A DNA stretch of 64,000 bases from Lama guanicoe. Lineage: Eukaryota. The stretch spans positions 18,046,029-18,110,028 of the forward strand of contig MU054323.1 in NCBI GenBank assembly GCA_013239625.1. Reading direction: 5' to 3'. The translations under genes were made by a program, and so were the position numbers. Each line of letters opens with the position of its first letter. Position 1 is the stretch's first letter. This document shows positions 37,440 to 48,351 of this stretch, piece by piece. The notes under the pieces are model-generated. The model saw only the letters and a list, made by a program, of their open reading frames with translations, ran no database searches and was not told the origin of the DNA.

Positions 37440-38460
37440 AGTGTTACTTGAACCTGAACCATCTTGGTAATCGATTCAAACTCTAGTTCTGCCCCTTAGG
37501 AATTGTGTGAAATTAGGAGACATGGCATTGCTGATCTTCAGTTCCACTTACAATATGGAATAGTAGGTCACAGAGATGTGATGAGTATTAAATGAGGCAA
37601 TAAGCGAATATATCTCACACACCCCAATGGGTAGTCACCAGGATAGTGATCAATATAAATAGTGTTGTTTTATGCATAATTTCATACCTTGATTTAGTGA
37701 AGTCACTAAACGAATAAGTTACATAATATTTCAAAGATGATAGGAGTAGTAATTGTGACATTCTCGGGACACTTACTGCCTGTCGGCACTGCGCCAAGCT
37801 CTTACGGAATCACATTTAACTTAATCATCACAAGTTTTCATTCTACAGGTGAGAAAACTAAGGCTTAGAGAAGTTAATTTTACCCAGATTATAAAACTCG
37901 CAACTGACAGAGCTGAGATTCAGATCCAGATCCTAATGACCCCAAACCAGTTCTTTTCAGCCCAATGCTCAACTGCTCCCCTTTCCAGCACCCAGTTTAA
38001 AGAAGAAAAGGAATGCCTTTCTTTTTATATCACACCAGTAACGCACAAACACATGAGAATTACCTGGGAAGTTTTCAAGAAAATCCCAACGTCCAGGATG
38101 AATTTGAAATCTATTTATCCAAATTCCCTGAGGGTTGATTCCAGATATTAGCATTTAAAAAAACAGCTGTTCAGGTGGCTCCAACATGCAGCCGAGTTTG
38201 AGACTCCTGTGTGTGAAACACTAAGCCCCTGGAGCAGACCAGCAGAGCGGTTAAGAATTCGGGCTTAGAAGCAGGATGATTCTAATTCCTGTTGGGCCGT
38301 TTACCAGGGGTGCGACCAAGGATGGGTGACCTCACTTCTCCAGGCTTTGAAAGTACTGACAACATCGTATAACTTGTGGTGAAAATCAAATAAAATAACC
38401 CATGAAATGTGGTAGCACACTGCCTGGATCGTAAGGTTGTGTCCAGAGTGGTGGTATTTT
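37440..38460. mobile_element. Cluster of MIR SINEs and a MER5-like element (about 38030-38210)
   Basis: MIR cores (acaggtgagaaaactaaggcttagagaagtt; agagcggttaagaattcgggc) and gaattacctgggaag...atgcagccgagtttgaga. Confidence 0.7.
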
Positions 38461-38839
38461 GTGTTTCACGTTTATGCCTTGCACAGGTATTTGTTGCTTT
38501 GTGAAACCTTTAAGTGTACATTTTTCTGTCCCTGGGTGGATGTTGGAGGCTCTGATGGGGCCCTACAGTTTCTCAAATCATTAATTTTATGCCATTTTTA
38601 ACGGGTAGCATGAGACTTGTGTTTTATGTAATAAGAGATTGACAATATTTAGCAACAGAAGCAATAAACTGCTCATCCTGGGGGTAACCCAGGCCACTTA
38701 GTAATGAGATGGGTTATTTGCTGCCTTGATGAGTTAATACTGGTGTTCTGGAAATGACCACTGAAAGGCTTCTGTAGACTGGTTTTTTGTTGTAGATGTT
38801 GCCCTTTCCCCTTTTAACTTGTTTACTTTCCTCACACAG

Positions 38840-39600
38840 GTGTAGGCAGCAGAGTCGTTTGAATTAGTCTTTTAAGTGAGTGTTTCATGGAAATGAGTAA
38901 TTGCTTGCAGCTGCATAGATCTGTAGTGATTTGTTTTTCTTTTAGGGGACAAGATAATTTGCCAGGCAACTTTGGAAAGCATAGTCTTGGTTGTACCCCT
39001 GTGCTTGAGGGTGACTTTGCCTCTCAAACTGAGAAGTCCCTGAAGTGTCCTGCCTCCACCATCAGACGTCATGGTAGCCGACGGATGGGCAGCCAGTTCT
39101 ATCTGTACAGAGATTTCCCCACTTCAGTAAAAAAGGCAATCAGTATGGTTTCATTTTGAGTGAAGATTTAAACATGAATGGTTGATAGGTTTTCCAGGAT
39201 GGAGCATAGTGATTTCAAGGGACAGGACCCTTCCAACTTAACAGCTAACATGCTTTCTGAAGGCAAGTTATTGGAATATAATAGATACAGTTTGAAAACA
39301 CAGGTGTGTTCTGAGGAACACTGGGATGGATGAGCCACTAGAAGTCTGATGTGATGATTTTGGGAAAAGCCGCTCCGTCCTCTTTTGATTTTATTGGAAG
39401 TTCTGAAAACACTGATACACAAAACCAGTTCCATCGCCTCCTGATTGTAAGGCAAAATATGATGTGTGTCCTCCAAATGCAGCAGCAGTTACTGATGCTG
39501 AAAGCTGGCAGATGAAGATTTATTTCTCTTGTGCTGATGGATTTAAAGATAGAATGAGAATTCACACCTCCTTTGCTTTCCCTGTCATAATCTCTTTGTG
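38840..39600 (+). other. Plus-oriented exon-like pair (38840-38875 and 38946 to about 39600)
   Basis: Acceptor ttactttcctcacacAG, donor TAA|GTGAGT, 70-bp intron, acceptor ttgtttttcttttAG then about 70 open codons (GQDNLPGNFGKHSLGCTPVLEGDFASQTEK...). Confidence 0.4.
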
Positions 39601-39799
39601 GCTTGGAGGGGCCAAAGTTGATTTGGCAACAGGAAAAGGCCAGTGAAGTCTCCTTAAGAATGTGGTACTCTGGCCAGATCAACCTCCGACTTGTTCCCAT
39701 TTTCCCCTTAATAAAGACTGGATTTTGAACTGCTGGCCCTGTTGAAAGTAGGCTTTGAGATCTTCTGCTTAGAAACAGGAGTTTCTAGAGACCTTATTT

Positions 39800-40840
39800 A
39801 CAGAGACCTTGGAGGGGAAAGAACAGGACTGGTAGTGAAGAATGGAGACTAAGGGTCATAACTCTGACATTTCCTGGTTATGTGATCTCAGATGGTCCAC
39901 TTAACCATCTCAGTCTCAGATGTATAAAAACGGGGGATGACACTTTGCTGTGTCAGCGCTATTGTGAGGTTAAAAATAGTCTTCAGGAGTTTGAAGGAAC
40001 CACATACCGTAAAACGCTGAACAAATGTGAACATTTTGCTTGTTCATTTTTCTGGTTGAGACATGGCCAGCAAATAAAGTGTGAGTGGGTAGGAAGAATT
40101 TTTAGTTGGAAATGCGTATTTTGATTCTTGGGCGGTAGCTCACTTCTCTGTGCTCTAAAATGGGTCAGCCTGATCTTAAGTCTTGTTAACATTAAGCCTT
40201 CAGAGATAACACAGCTCTCAAGGGCATGTTCCCCTCCACATGCTTGGCCTTGCCTTAGGGAGGCACAGTAGAAGAAGGGTACAGATGGGGTTCAGTGTCT
40301 AGGTTCAAGGGCCCCTTGGGCCACATACAAGCTGTGTAGTCTGGACCTTGAACTTTCTGCTGCTTCTTTTCTGATAGGGTGGTTGTAGGATCAAATAAGA
40401 TATTTCATGTAAAGTATTGAAAAGAGTGGTGAGCATGCAGTAAAACCTGTTTCAAAGAATTACTAAAAGATACAGCATTTGGAGATAGGGTCTCATGATC
40501 CGATCTTGGTAACTAAATTGAAAAGGAAACTGTTTGATAATTCTTCCTAGTGACATTTCATGTAAGTTTGAATGTCTCTGGCATGTGTAAACTGGTACAA
40601 ACTTATACCAAGTAAATATATATATAATTTATTAAGAAGCTAATATATGCCAGGAATTGTAAAAATTTCCCCCACTTGGTGAGCGAGGCATTATTTAAAT
40701 GCCCATTTTTATAGAAGGGGCAACCAAGGCATCATAAAATTGAGTGACTTGACCACGATCCTTAACCAGAGGCAGAGCTGGATCTGAACTTGGATCTGAG
40801 ACCCTCCAAGACATGTGTCCTTCACTCCACACATCTCCTA
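39800..40840. mobile_element. Three MIR SINE fragments
   Basis: MIR core motifs near 39880, 40330 and 40700. Confidence 0.65.
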
Positions 40841-41078
40841 CACATCCTTGCCCTCTGAGGAGGCAGAATCGTCCTTTCTTCCTTAAATGGCAGTGAACAC
40901 ATGCATACTCATCTTATACCATAGGTGTATTCCTAGAATTATGGGCAAATATTTTATTTTTGTAAAATAATACTGCAAATTTATAAGGAGTGTTAATATC
41001 TAAACAGACTCCTATTACTACCACAAAGAAAACTGACCCAACAGGCAAGTACAGCTCTGTCCAGCTGGCTACCTGTTC

Positions 41079-41097
41079 CAGCCACTAGAGGGTAGTA
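41079..41097 (+). promoter_or_regulatory. CTCF-like motif
   Basis: CAGCCACTAGAGGGTAGTA matches the CCASYAGRKGGC core with one mismatch; AP-1 TGACTCA at 41110-41116. Confidence 0.55.
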
Positions 41098-41370
41098 TTG
41101 GCATTGGAATGACTCAGACATTTAAATTCTTCAAATTGAGGAAACTGCATGAAATGCAGACTGTTGCTAAATTTACAACATAGAAAATGATTTGATGCAA
41201 CAATTCGATATGACAGGAGATACCACATGATCGAAATTGGATTCTGCTGTGTTACTGGCAACGTACATCCTGGAGGGAATTCTGGAGGTCCTATGCCTGG
41301 GGTGGTGGGGGTGGTTACCTCATGCCCACAGCCAACCATGCATCTGGGGACTAAAACCTTTCCTTCTCAC

Positions 41371-41611
41371 CTTTCTAATCTCAATTCCTGCTTCACTTTT
41401 CCATTGGCAAATTGTAGGCAGAGTGGAAATCCCCAGTGTGAATTACTTCCCCTTTCCTTCAAACTGCAGCCATGACCTCCACAGAAGTCGATTCCTCACT
41501 TAATAAGCCTCTTGAGAAATCCAGCTCTTGTCACAGCCGTCATCCTGCTTATCTTGGTTAGAGCTCTGAGTGAGGTATGTGTGGACTGCTGTCTTCTCTG
41601 TGCCCTTTTAC
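41371..41611 (-). pseudogene. Fossil exon candidate, 241 bp
   Basis: Acceptor ctatcctcctgtctAG, donor AAG|GTGAGA; best frame has one stop. Confidence 0.5.
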
Positions 41612-41854
41612 CTAGACAGGAGGATAGAGTACTTGCAATTTCAAGTCTCCCTCCTGTTTGGCTGCAGAGCAGAAGCAGGATTAGGGGGTACAGTTTGTCT
41701 AACTTGGAGCTGATTGACTTCCTAGGGGTGTGACCCACCTTACGTGGCCCTCTGCCCCACTGTGTTGCCCCAGCAGCCCTACGGGACAATCAGGCTGGAG
41801 GGTTGGATGAGTATCCAGGATAAGATATTTAAGAGCTCTTTTAAAAATATTTTT

Positions 41855-42238
41855 GCAATGGATCTAGAGACGATCACAGTAAGTGAAGTAAGTGAGACAG
41901 AGAAAGACAAATATATGATATCACTTATATGTGGAATCCAAAAAAAAATGACACAAATGAATTTATTTACAAAACAAACAGTCTCACAGACATAGAAAAC
42001 AAATTTATGGTTACCAAAGGGAAAGGGAAGGGATAAATTAGGAGTTGGGGATTAGCAGAGACAAACTACTATATACAGAATTGAGAAACAACAAGGTCCT
42101 ACTATATAGCATAGGGAACTATATTCAATAGCTTGTAGTAACCTATAATGAAAAAGAATACATATGTGTAACTGAATCACTGCTGTACACCAGGAACCAG
42201 TACAACATTGTAAATCAACTATACTTCAGTTTAAAAAA
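41855..42238 (+). mobile_element. Cetartiodactyl L1 3' end
   Basis: gtgaagtaagtgagacagagaaagacaaata...caacattgtaaatcaactatacttca. Confidence 0.9.
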
Positions 42239-42319
42239 GGAACAAGCTATTAATCCACACACAGAAACATTCTTTTGCTTGTTGAAAATTTTATTCATGT
42301 TATTTCATGTAGCATGACA

Positions 42320-45300
42320 CTTTTTAAAATTAAAATTTTAATTTTGAAATTGCAGATCTCAAGATAGTAGCTTTTCATGCAATTATAAAAAAAATAATAA
42401 TGCAGAGGGATTCCCATGTACCATTTACCCAGTTTATTCCTTTGGGAGCATCTTGCGAAACTACAGCACAATATCGCAACCAAGATGTTAACATAGATAC
42501 AGTCAAGATACAGAACATTTCCATCCCCACAAGGACCCTCTGTGTTGCCCTTTTATAGCCATACCCACCTTCTTCCCCCTTCTGCCCCTATTTAACTTCA
42601 GGCTACCACTGAGCTGTTCAACATTTCTGACTTTGACATTTCAAGAATGGTCTCTAAACAGAGCTAGACAGTATGTAACATTTTGGGATTGGCTCTTTGT
42701 ACTCAGATTCACCTGGATATTTATGTAAGTGGTTGTTTCAATAGTTTATTCCTTTTTATTGCTGAGTAGTATTCCATGGTATAGACATGCCACTGTTTAG
42801 CCATTCACTTGTTGAAGGACGTCTGGGTTATTTCCAGTTGAGGCTATTACAAATAAAGCTGCTATGAACATTCATGCCCAGGTGTTTTTGTGTGCATAAG
42901 TCTGTGGGATAAATGTGCAGGAGGGCAATTACTGGGTTGTATGATGATTTCATATTTCGATTTTAAAGAAACTGCCAAACTGTTTTCTAGGGTGGCTGCA
43001 CCATTTTACATTCTCCCCCAACAATATGAGTGGTCCAGGTTCTCTGCATTCTCACCAGCATTTGGTATTGTTACTATCTTTTACTTATTCTGATAAGTAT
43101 GTACTTATATCTATGTAGATCTTTGAGTTCTTTCAGCAGCATTGTGTAGTAGTGTAGTATTCCATATATAAGGCTTGTCATGTTTTGTTAGATTTATACC
43201 TTTTGTGTTTTTTAATTTTCTTGAGCAACACCAAATGCTATTGTATTTTGACTTTCAGTGTCCCAAGTGTTCATTGCTAATATATAGGAATACAATTTTG
43301 TATATTTATCTTGCCTTCAGTGACTTTGCAGACTCACTTAACTAGCTTTAGAAAGTTCTTGTTTTGTAGCAGTCTTGATACGATTGTCTATGTGACAAAT
43401 CCTATCTGTAGTCACGGATAATTTATTTCTTCCTTTCCAAGCTGTGTGCCTTCTATTTGCTTATTTTGCTTTATTGCATTGGCTAGAACTTCCAGTACAG
43501 CTATGGGTAAAAGTGGTGAGAGTAAGCATTCTTGCCTTGTTCCTGAACTTAGGGAGAAAGCATTCAGTCGTTTACCCTTCAGTATGATGTTAGCTGTGGG
43601 TTTTTGTAGACTATGGATCAAGTTGAGGAAGTTCTCTCTCCTTACTGAGAAGTTTTGCCTTTTTTTTTAAAATCATGAATGGGTGTTGATTTTTTTTTTT
43701 CCAATGCATTTTTCACATTAATAAGATCAAGGGCTTTTTCTTTTTAGACTGTGAATATAGTGGATTATATTGTTTGACTATCAAACATTGAGCCAGGCTT
43801 GGATCCCTACAATAATCCCCATTTGGTCATGGTGTGTAATTCTTTTTTAACAAACATTTAAAAAATTGAGGTATAATTGACATAATTGTTTTTATGTTTT
43901 GCTGAATTCTACTTGCTATTTTGTTGAGGATTTTTTGCATCTACATTCACAAGAATATTTGTTTAATATTGCTTGGTTTTGGCATCAGGGCAATACTATC
44001 TTCATAAAATAGATTGGGAAGTGTTCTTTCTTATTCTATTTTCTGGAAGAGATAATGTAGAATCAATATTAACTCTTCTCTAAATGTTTGGTGGAATTGT
44101 CCAGAGAAACCATCTTGGTCTTGCAAATTCTCTTTTGGGAGCTCAAGTTTTGTAATTCATGTTGGATGAGTTGGATAGTCTGTGTCTTTGAGGAATTGGT
44201 ACATTTCATCTAAGTTGCTGAATTTATGCTTGCAGAAATAGTCCTAGCATTCCCTTATTAGCTTTTTGAAGTCTGCAGGGACTGTGGTGATACCACACGT
44301 TTCCTTCCTGATACTGGTAATCTGTGTCTTCTTTCTTTGCCTCTGTTGCTTGAGGTTTGACAATTTTATTCATCTTTTCAAAGAACCAGCCTTTTTTCCC
44401 CATTGACTTCATGATTGTTTTTCTACTTTGAATTTCATTGATTTTTGTTCTTTATTTTCTTCCTTCTGCTTGCTTTGACTTAATCTTGCTCTTTTTTAGG
44501 TTCTTGAGGTGAGAACTTAGATTACTGATTTGAGACTTCTCTTTTCTAACATAGTCATTTAGTGCATAAATTTCCCTCCTAGCATCACTTCAGTGGTGTC
44601 CCACAAATTTTATATGTTGTATTTTCATTTTCATCCAGTTCAATGTAATTTTAAAGTTCAGTGTATTTTTAAATTTCCTTTGAGACTTCCTCTGTGACTC
44701 ATGGAATATTTAGAAGTGTTTAATTTTTAAGCATTTGGAGATTTTTATTTGGTTTGATTTCATTGTGAATAGTGACTCTGTATGATTTCAACTATTATAA
44801 GTTTGTTAAGGTTTGTTTTATGGCTCAGGATATGATTTATCTTGATACATAGTCTATGGGTGATTGAAAAGAACGTGTATTCTGCTGTTTGGTGGACTGT
44901 TCTATAAATGTTTATTAGATACTGTTGGTTGATGTGCTATTAAGTTCTCTATAACCCTGCTGATTTTCTGAGTAGTTCTGTCAGTATTGAGAGAGGGATG
45001 TTGAAATCTCAATGTATAATTGTAGATTTCTTTTTTTTCCTGTCAGTTTTGCTTTACATACTTTGCAGCTCTGTTGTTAGATGCATGCATATGTAGGATT
45101 GCTGTGCCTTTTTTTGTGTTTGGATTATCTCTTTTATCATTATATCATGTCTCTTTTTTTGTCTCTGGTAATTTTCCTTGTTCTAAAATCTACTTATCTG
45201 ATATTAACATAGCTATTCTTATTTTCCTTTGATAATTGCATGGTATATTCTTATCTTTTTACTTGCAACCTGCCTGTATTTAAAGTGGGATTTTTGGAGA

Positions 45301-45672
45301 TAGAATATAGTTGGATAATTTTTAAAAATCCATCCATCCTGCCTGTCTCTTTTGAATTGTTGTTTTTAGACCACATATATTTAATGTAACTTTTCATAGT
45401 TATTAGGGCTTAAATGTGCCATCTTAATTTTTGTTTTATTCTTTTTGTTTGTTGTTTGTTTTGTTCTTTTTTGTATTCTTTTTTCTGCCTTTCTGTGGGC
45501 TACTTGAACAACTTTTTAGAATATTGAATTATCTATAATGTCCTTGAATGTCTGTCTTCTCTCTCCTTGTCTTCTTATGTTGTTTATATACACAGTGTCC
45601 AGGGGTTTTAGTTATACTTTGCTGGTGGAATAGGGGAAAGTATGTTTGCTCCATCTTCCAGGAAGTGGAAGC
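42320..45672 (-). mobile_element. Internally deleted L1MC/MD-type element (3' UTR, ORF2 RT and EN remnants, 5' end)
   Basis: ORF 43412-43621 [32 protein letters not shown]...EVLANAIKQ is L1 ORF2 RT; cttcctggaagatggagc 5'-end motif on the minus strand. Confidence 0.85.
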
Positions 45673-45679
45673 CTGATCC

Positions 45680-46085
45680 TATTTTTGTTAAAAGCTTTAT
45701 TGAAATGAGTCACATGCCATACAGTTCACACATTTGAAGTGCACAATTCAGTGGTGTTTTGACAGAATTGTGCAGTCATCTCCAAAATTGATTTTAGAAC
45801 ATTTTTCTCACCCAGGAAGAAAACCCTATATGCCATCACCTTAGCCCCTCAACTTTCCCCAGCTCTAGGCAACCACTAACCTACTTTGTTTCTTTAGATT
45901 TGTCTTTTTTGGCTATTTAATATAGGCAGAATCATATAATATATAGTCCTTTGCAACTGGCTTCTTTCAGTTAACATATGTTTTCACTGAATGTTTTTAA
46001 GGTTCATCCATGTTGTAGCATGTACCAATATTTCACTTCTTTTTACTGTCAAATAATATTCCACTATATAGGTATACCACTACCC
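45680..46085 (-). mobile_element. L1MB-type 3' end
   Basis: agctttattgaaatg...ctaggcaaccactaacctacttt...ggttcatccatgttgtagca. Confidence 0.85.
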
Positions 46086-46354
46086 TCTTAAAAACAGTGT
46101 TATCATATTTTCACTATAATTTGACAAAACAAAAATATAAATGTTGAAAAATTGCACTTGAAAAAGTAAATTTTTGTTTTTAGTTTAGTAAGACCAAATG
46201 ATTCAATTAAGTTATAGTTACCTGTAACTTGGTTGATCTGTTGCTTTTTCCCTAGTAGTGTCTGTATCATATTTGTCCAACACATGAATAACTTTCTGAT
46301 CCAGTGGTGGTCTCATGTCATAGTATAAACTTCTGGGTACGGAGAGCAAAAAAT

Positions 46355-46730
46355 AGTTCATTCACTCCACATTTACTGAGGTTCTACTTCTTTACTAGGG
46401 ACCATGCTAGGTAGTGAGGAAACAGAACTGGTAAAGATGGGGTGCCTCCCTGCGAGTGGCTGACAGTGCTGTTGGAAGGACTGACATCAAATGTGATTTG
46501 TTCTTTGACTGGGATAAGCAAATGGTGCTATGAGAATACGGAGCAGGGACACCAAACTGGTATGGCTTTCCAAGGAGATGTCAGCTGTGAGGCAAGTTAC
46601 TCAAAAGTGTATGAGTTATCCGGAGTAGAAGGAAGATGATTGGGGGAAGGTTAGGGGAGTGGGTGAATTTCAGGGAGCATATTGAGAAACACAAAGGGAC
46701 AGAGAACATGGTGAATTTGGGGAAAGTTTT
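46355..46730 (-). mobile_element. L2 LINE fragment
   Basis: ttcattcactccacatttactgagg...accatgctagg. Confidence 0.65.
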
Positions 46731-47119
46731 GTTGAGGCCAATAGTCTCGGCTACGCTTTCTCTTTTATCTGCTTCTATTCAATAAAGATTTGAAGGAGTT
46801 TATTTCTATTTTACATGAGGATTTATTGGGGACGCCATATATCTGACTCTGCGCTAGACTCTATGCATGATAATGAAAGCTACAAGACAAGGGCTTTGAC
46901 ATTAAAACTGGTGCCTTGTCCCTTCAGCAAGAAAAGTACAAGTAATGCAGAGAACCCTGGGCTTTCAACAAGAGACCAGGGTTCCACTTTGCTTGGCTCT
47001 CCTCCCTGTGTGACATTGGGCAAGCAACTGAAACTTTCGGAATGATACGTAATATAAGGGAGCTGGATTAAGTGCTCTCAATTCATCTCTAGATGAGTTC
47101 CGAGGAGGAGAAAGATTAC

Positions 47120-47215
47120 GTTTTGGGTTGATCTGTATGCAAGAGGCTGGATTTGAGTTTGGCCTTGAAAGACACACCAGGCTGGTGACATTAGCGTAGA
47201 AGGCTCATCTTCCCC
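47120..47215 (-). pseudogene. Fossil exon candidate (GEDEPSTLMSPAWCVFQGQTQIQPLAYRSTQN)
   Basis: Acceptor ttatgatgtcctgcAG, donor AAC|GTAATC; 96 bp, open, phase 0-0. Confidence 0.4.
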
Positions 47216-47560
47216 CTGCAGGACATCATAAGGTAAATCAACCTGAGTGAACACTCTCCAGAGGGGAGAATTGTGGGTCAAGACCAAGCTGGCCCTGCTT
47301 ATAGCCGGCGTTCACCTGCATGGGTCACTGGGCCTGCTGCCCTGCGCTTTGGTCCTCTTCTCTTATCTCTCTGCAGGAATGGCCTCCTCCTTCTCTCCTG
47401 CCTTTGCACACTAGAAAAATTCTCTGAGACTTAACCTAGGGGTCTTCCTCCTGTAGAGATGAGCTTCCGAACCTTTACATTGCTAGAACTTTTGTTATTT
47501 ATGATACTCACATAGCTCACATAACACTTACCTTACATTGTCCTGCTCTTTCTTAACTTT

Positions 47561-47689
47561 TTTTTTAGGTAGGGTGGAAGTAATTAGATATTTGTTTGTT
47601 TATTTTTTTAATGGAGTTACTTGGGGTTGAACCCAGGATCCTGAATATGCTAAGCACGTGCTCTACCACTGAGCTATACCTTTCCACCC
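47561..47689 (-). mobile_element. Vic-1-type camelid tRNA-derived SINE
   Basis: Minus strand GGTATAGCTCAGTGGTAGAGCACGTGCTTAGC...CCTGGGTTCAACCCC (A and B boxes), tail aaataaacaaacaaatatctaattac + poly(A); TSD CTTAACTTT at 47552-47560 and 47690-47698. Confidence 0.9.
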
Positions 47690-48021
47690 CTTAACTTTCT
47701 AACTGTTTCAGGCTTCTGGAGAGCACAGGCCATATTTTCTATCTACAAAAGCCCGGGGACTTAAAAGATGACTTAGGACAGTGGTCCCCTAACTCATTAT
47801 CACTGGGGGTTTTTAGAGAGAAAGATTCTTGGGCCCTATCTTATATGTAATGAATCAAATTGTGTGTGTATGTAAGCATTTGGTGGGGGCAGGGTATGTT
47901 AAGGGGACATGAGGGAAAGCTGTGTTTGGTTTTTTTTCTACATTTGCTGTCTACAAAGACTGCCTGCAAAATATAGTGCCTCTTGACATGGAGGCATGGC
48001 ACCTAATTATGTACACCTTAC

Positions 48022-48351
48022 TTTCTGGTTCTTCATTTGACATAGGACCCTAAAGTTAATATCACTTTTCCATGACCCTGACTCGAATTCAGAAAAGAGG
48101 GATAATTCTGTATTCTGAGAATGGACATTAAGGTCAGTTCAGCATCATGCCATTCTTCTACAAAGATCTTCTGTTCACACTCTTGGAATTGTACCCTGAT
48201 GGTTGTACTGTGGTCTGTACATCATGGACTAGAAAACTGGGACCCTGAATTTTACTCTATTCTTTCTGTATGGAATTTTAGGAGGACTACAATCAGCCTG
48301 AAGACTCAGAATATTCTAATGCAATCCAATATGTGCTTTTGCTGAATAAAC
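48022..48351 (-). pseudogene. Fossil exon candidate, 330 bp
   Basis: Acceptor tatgcttcatcAG, donor AAA|GTAAGG; phase 0-0; 5 stops, so frame evidence is weak. Confidence 0.4.

Noticed and set aside
47610..47689. tRNA gene
   Set aside because: tRNA-like A and B boxes are followed by the SINE tail and poly(A) and flanked by a TSD; it is a SINE.
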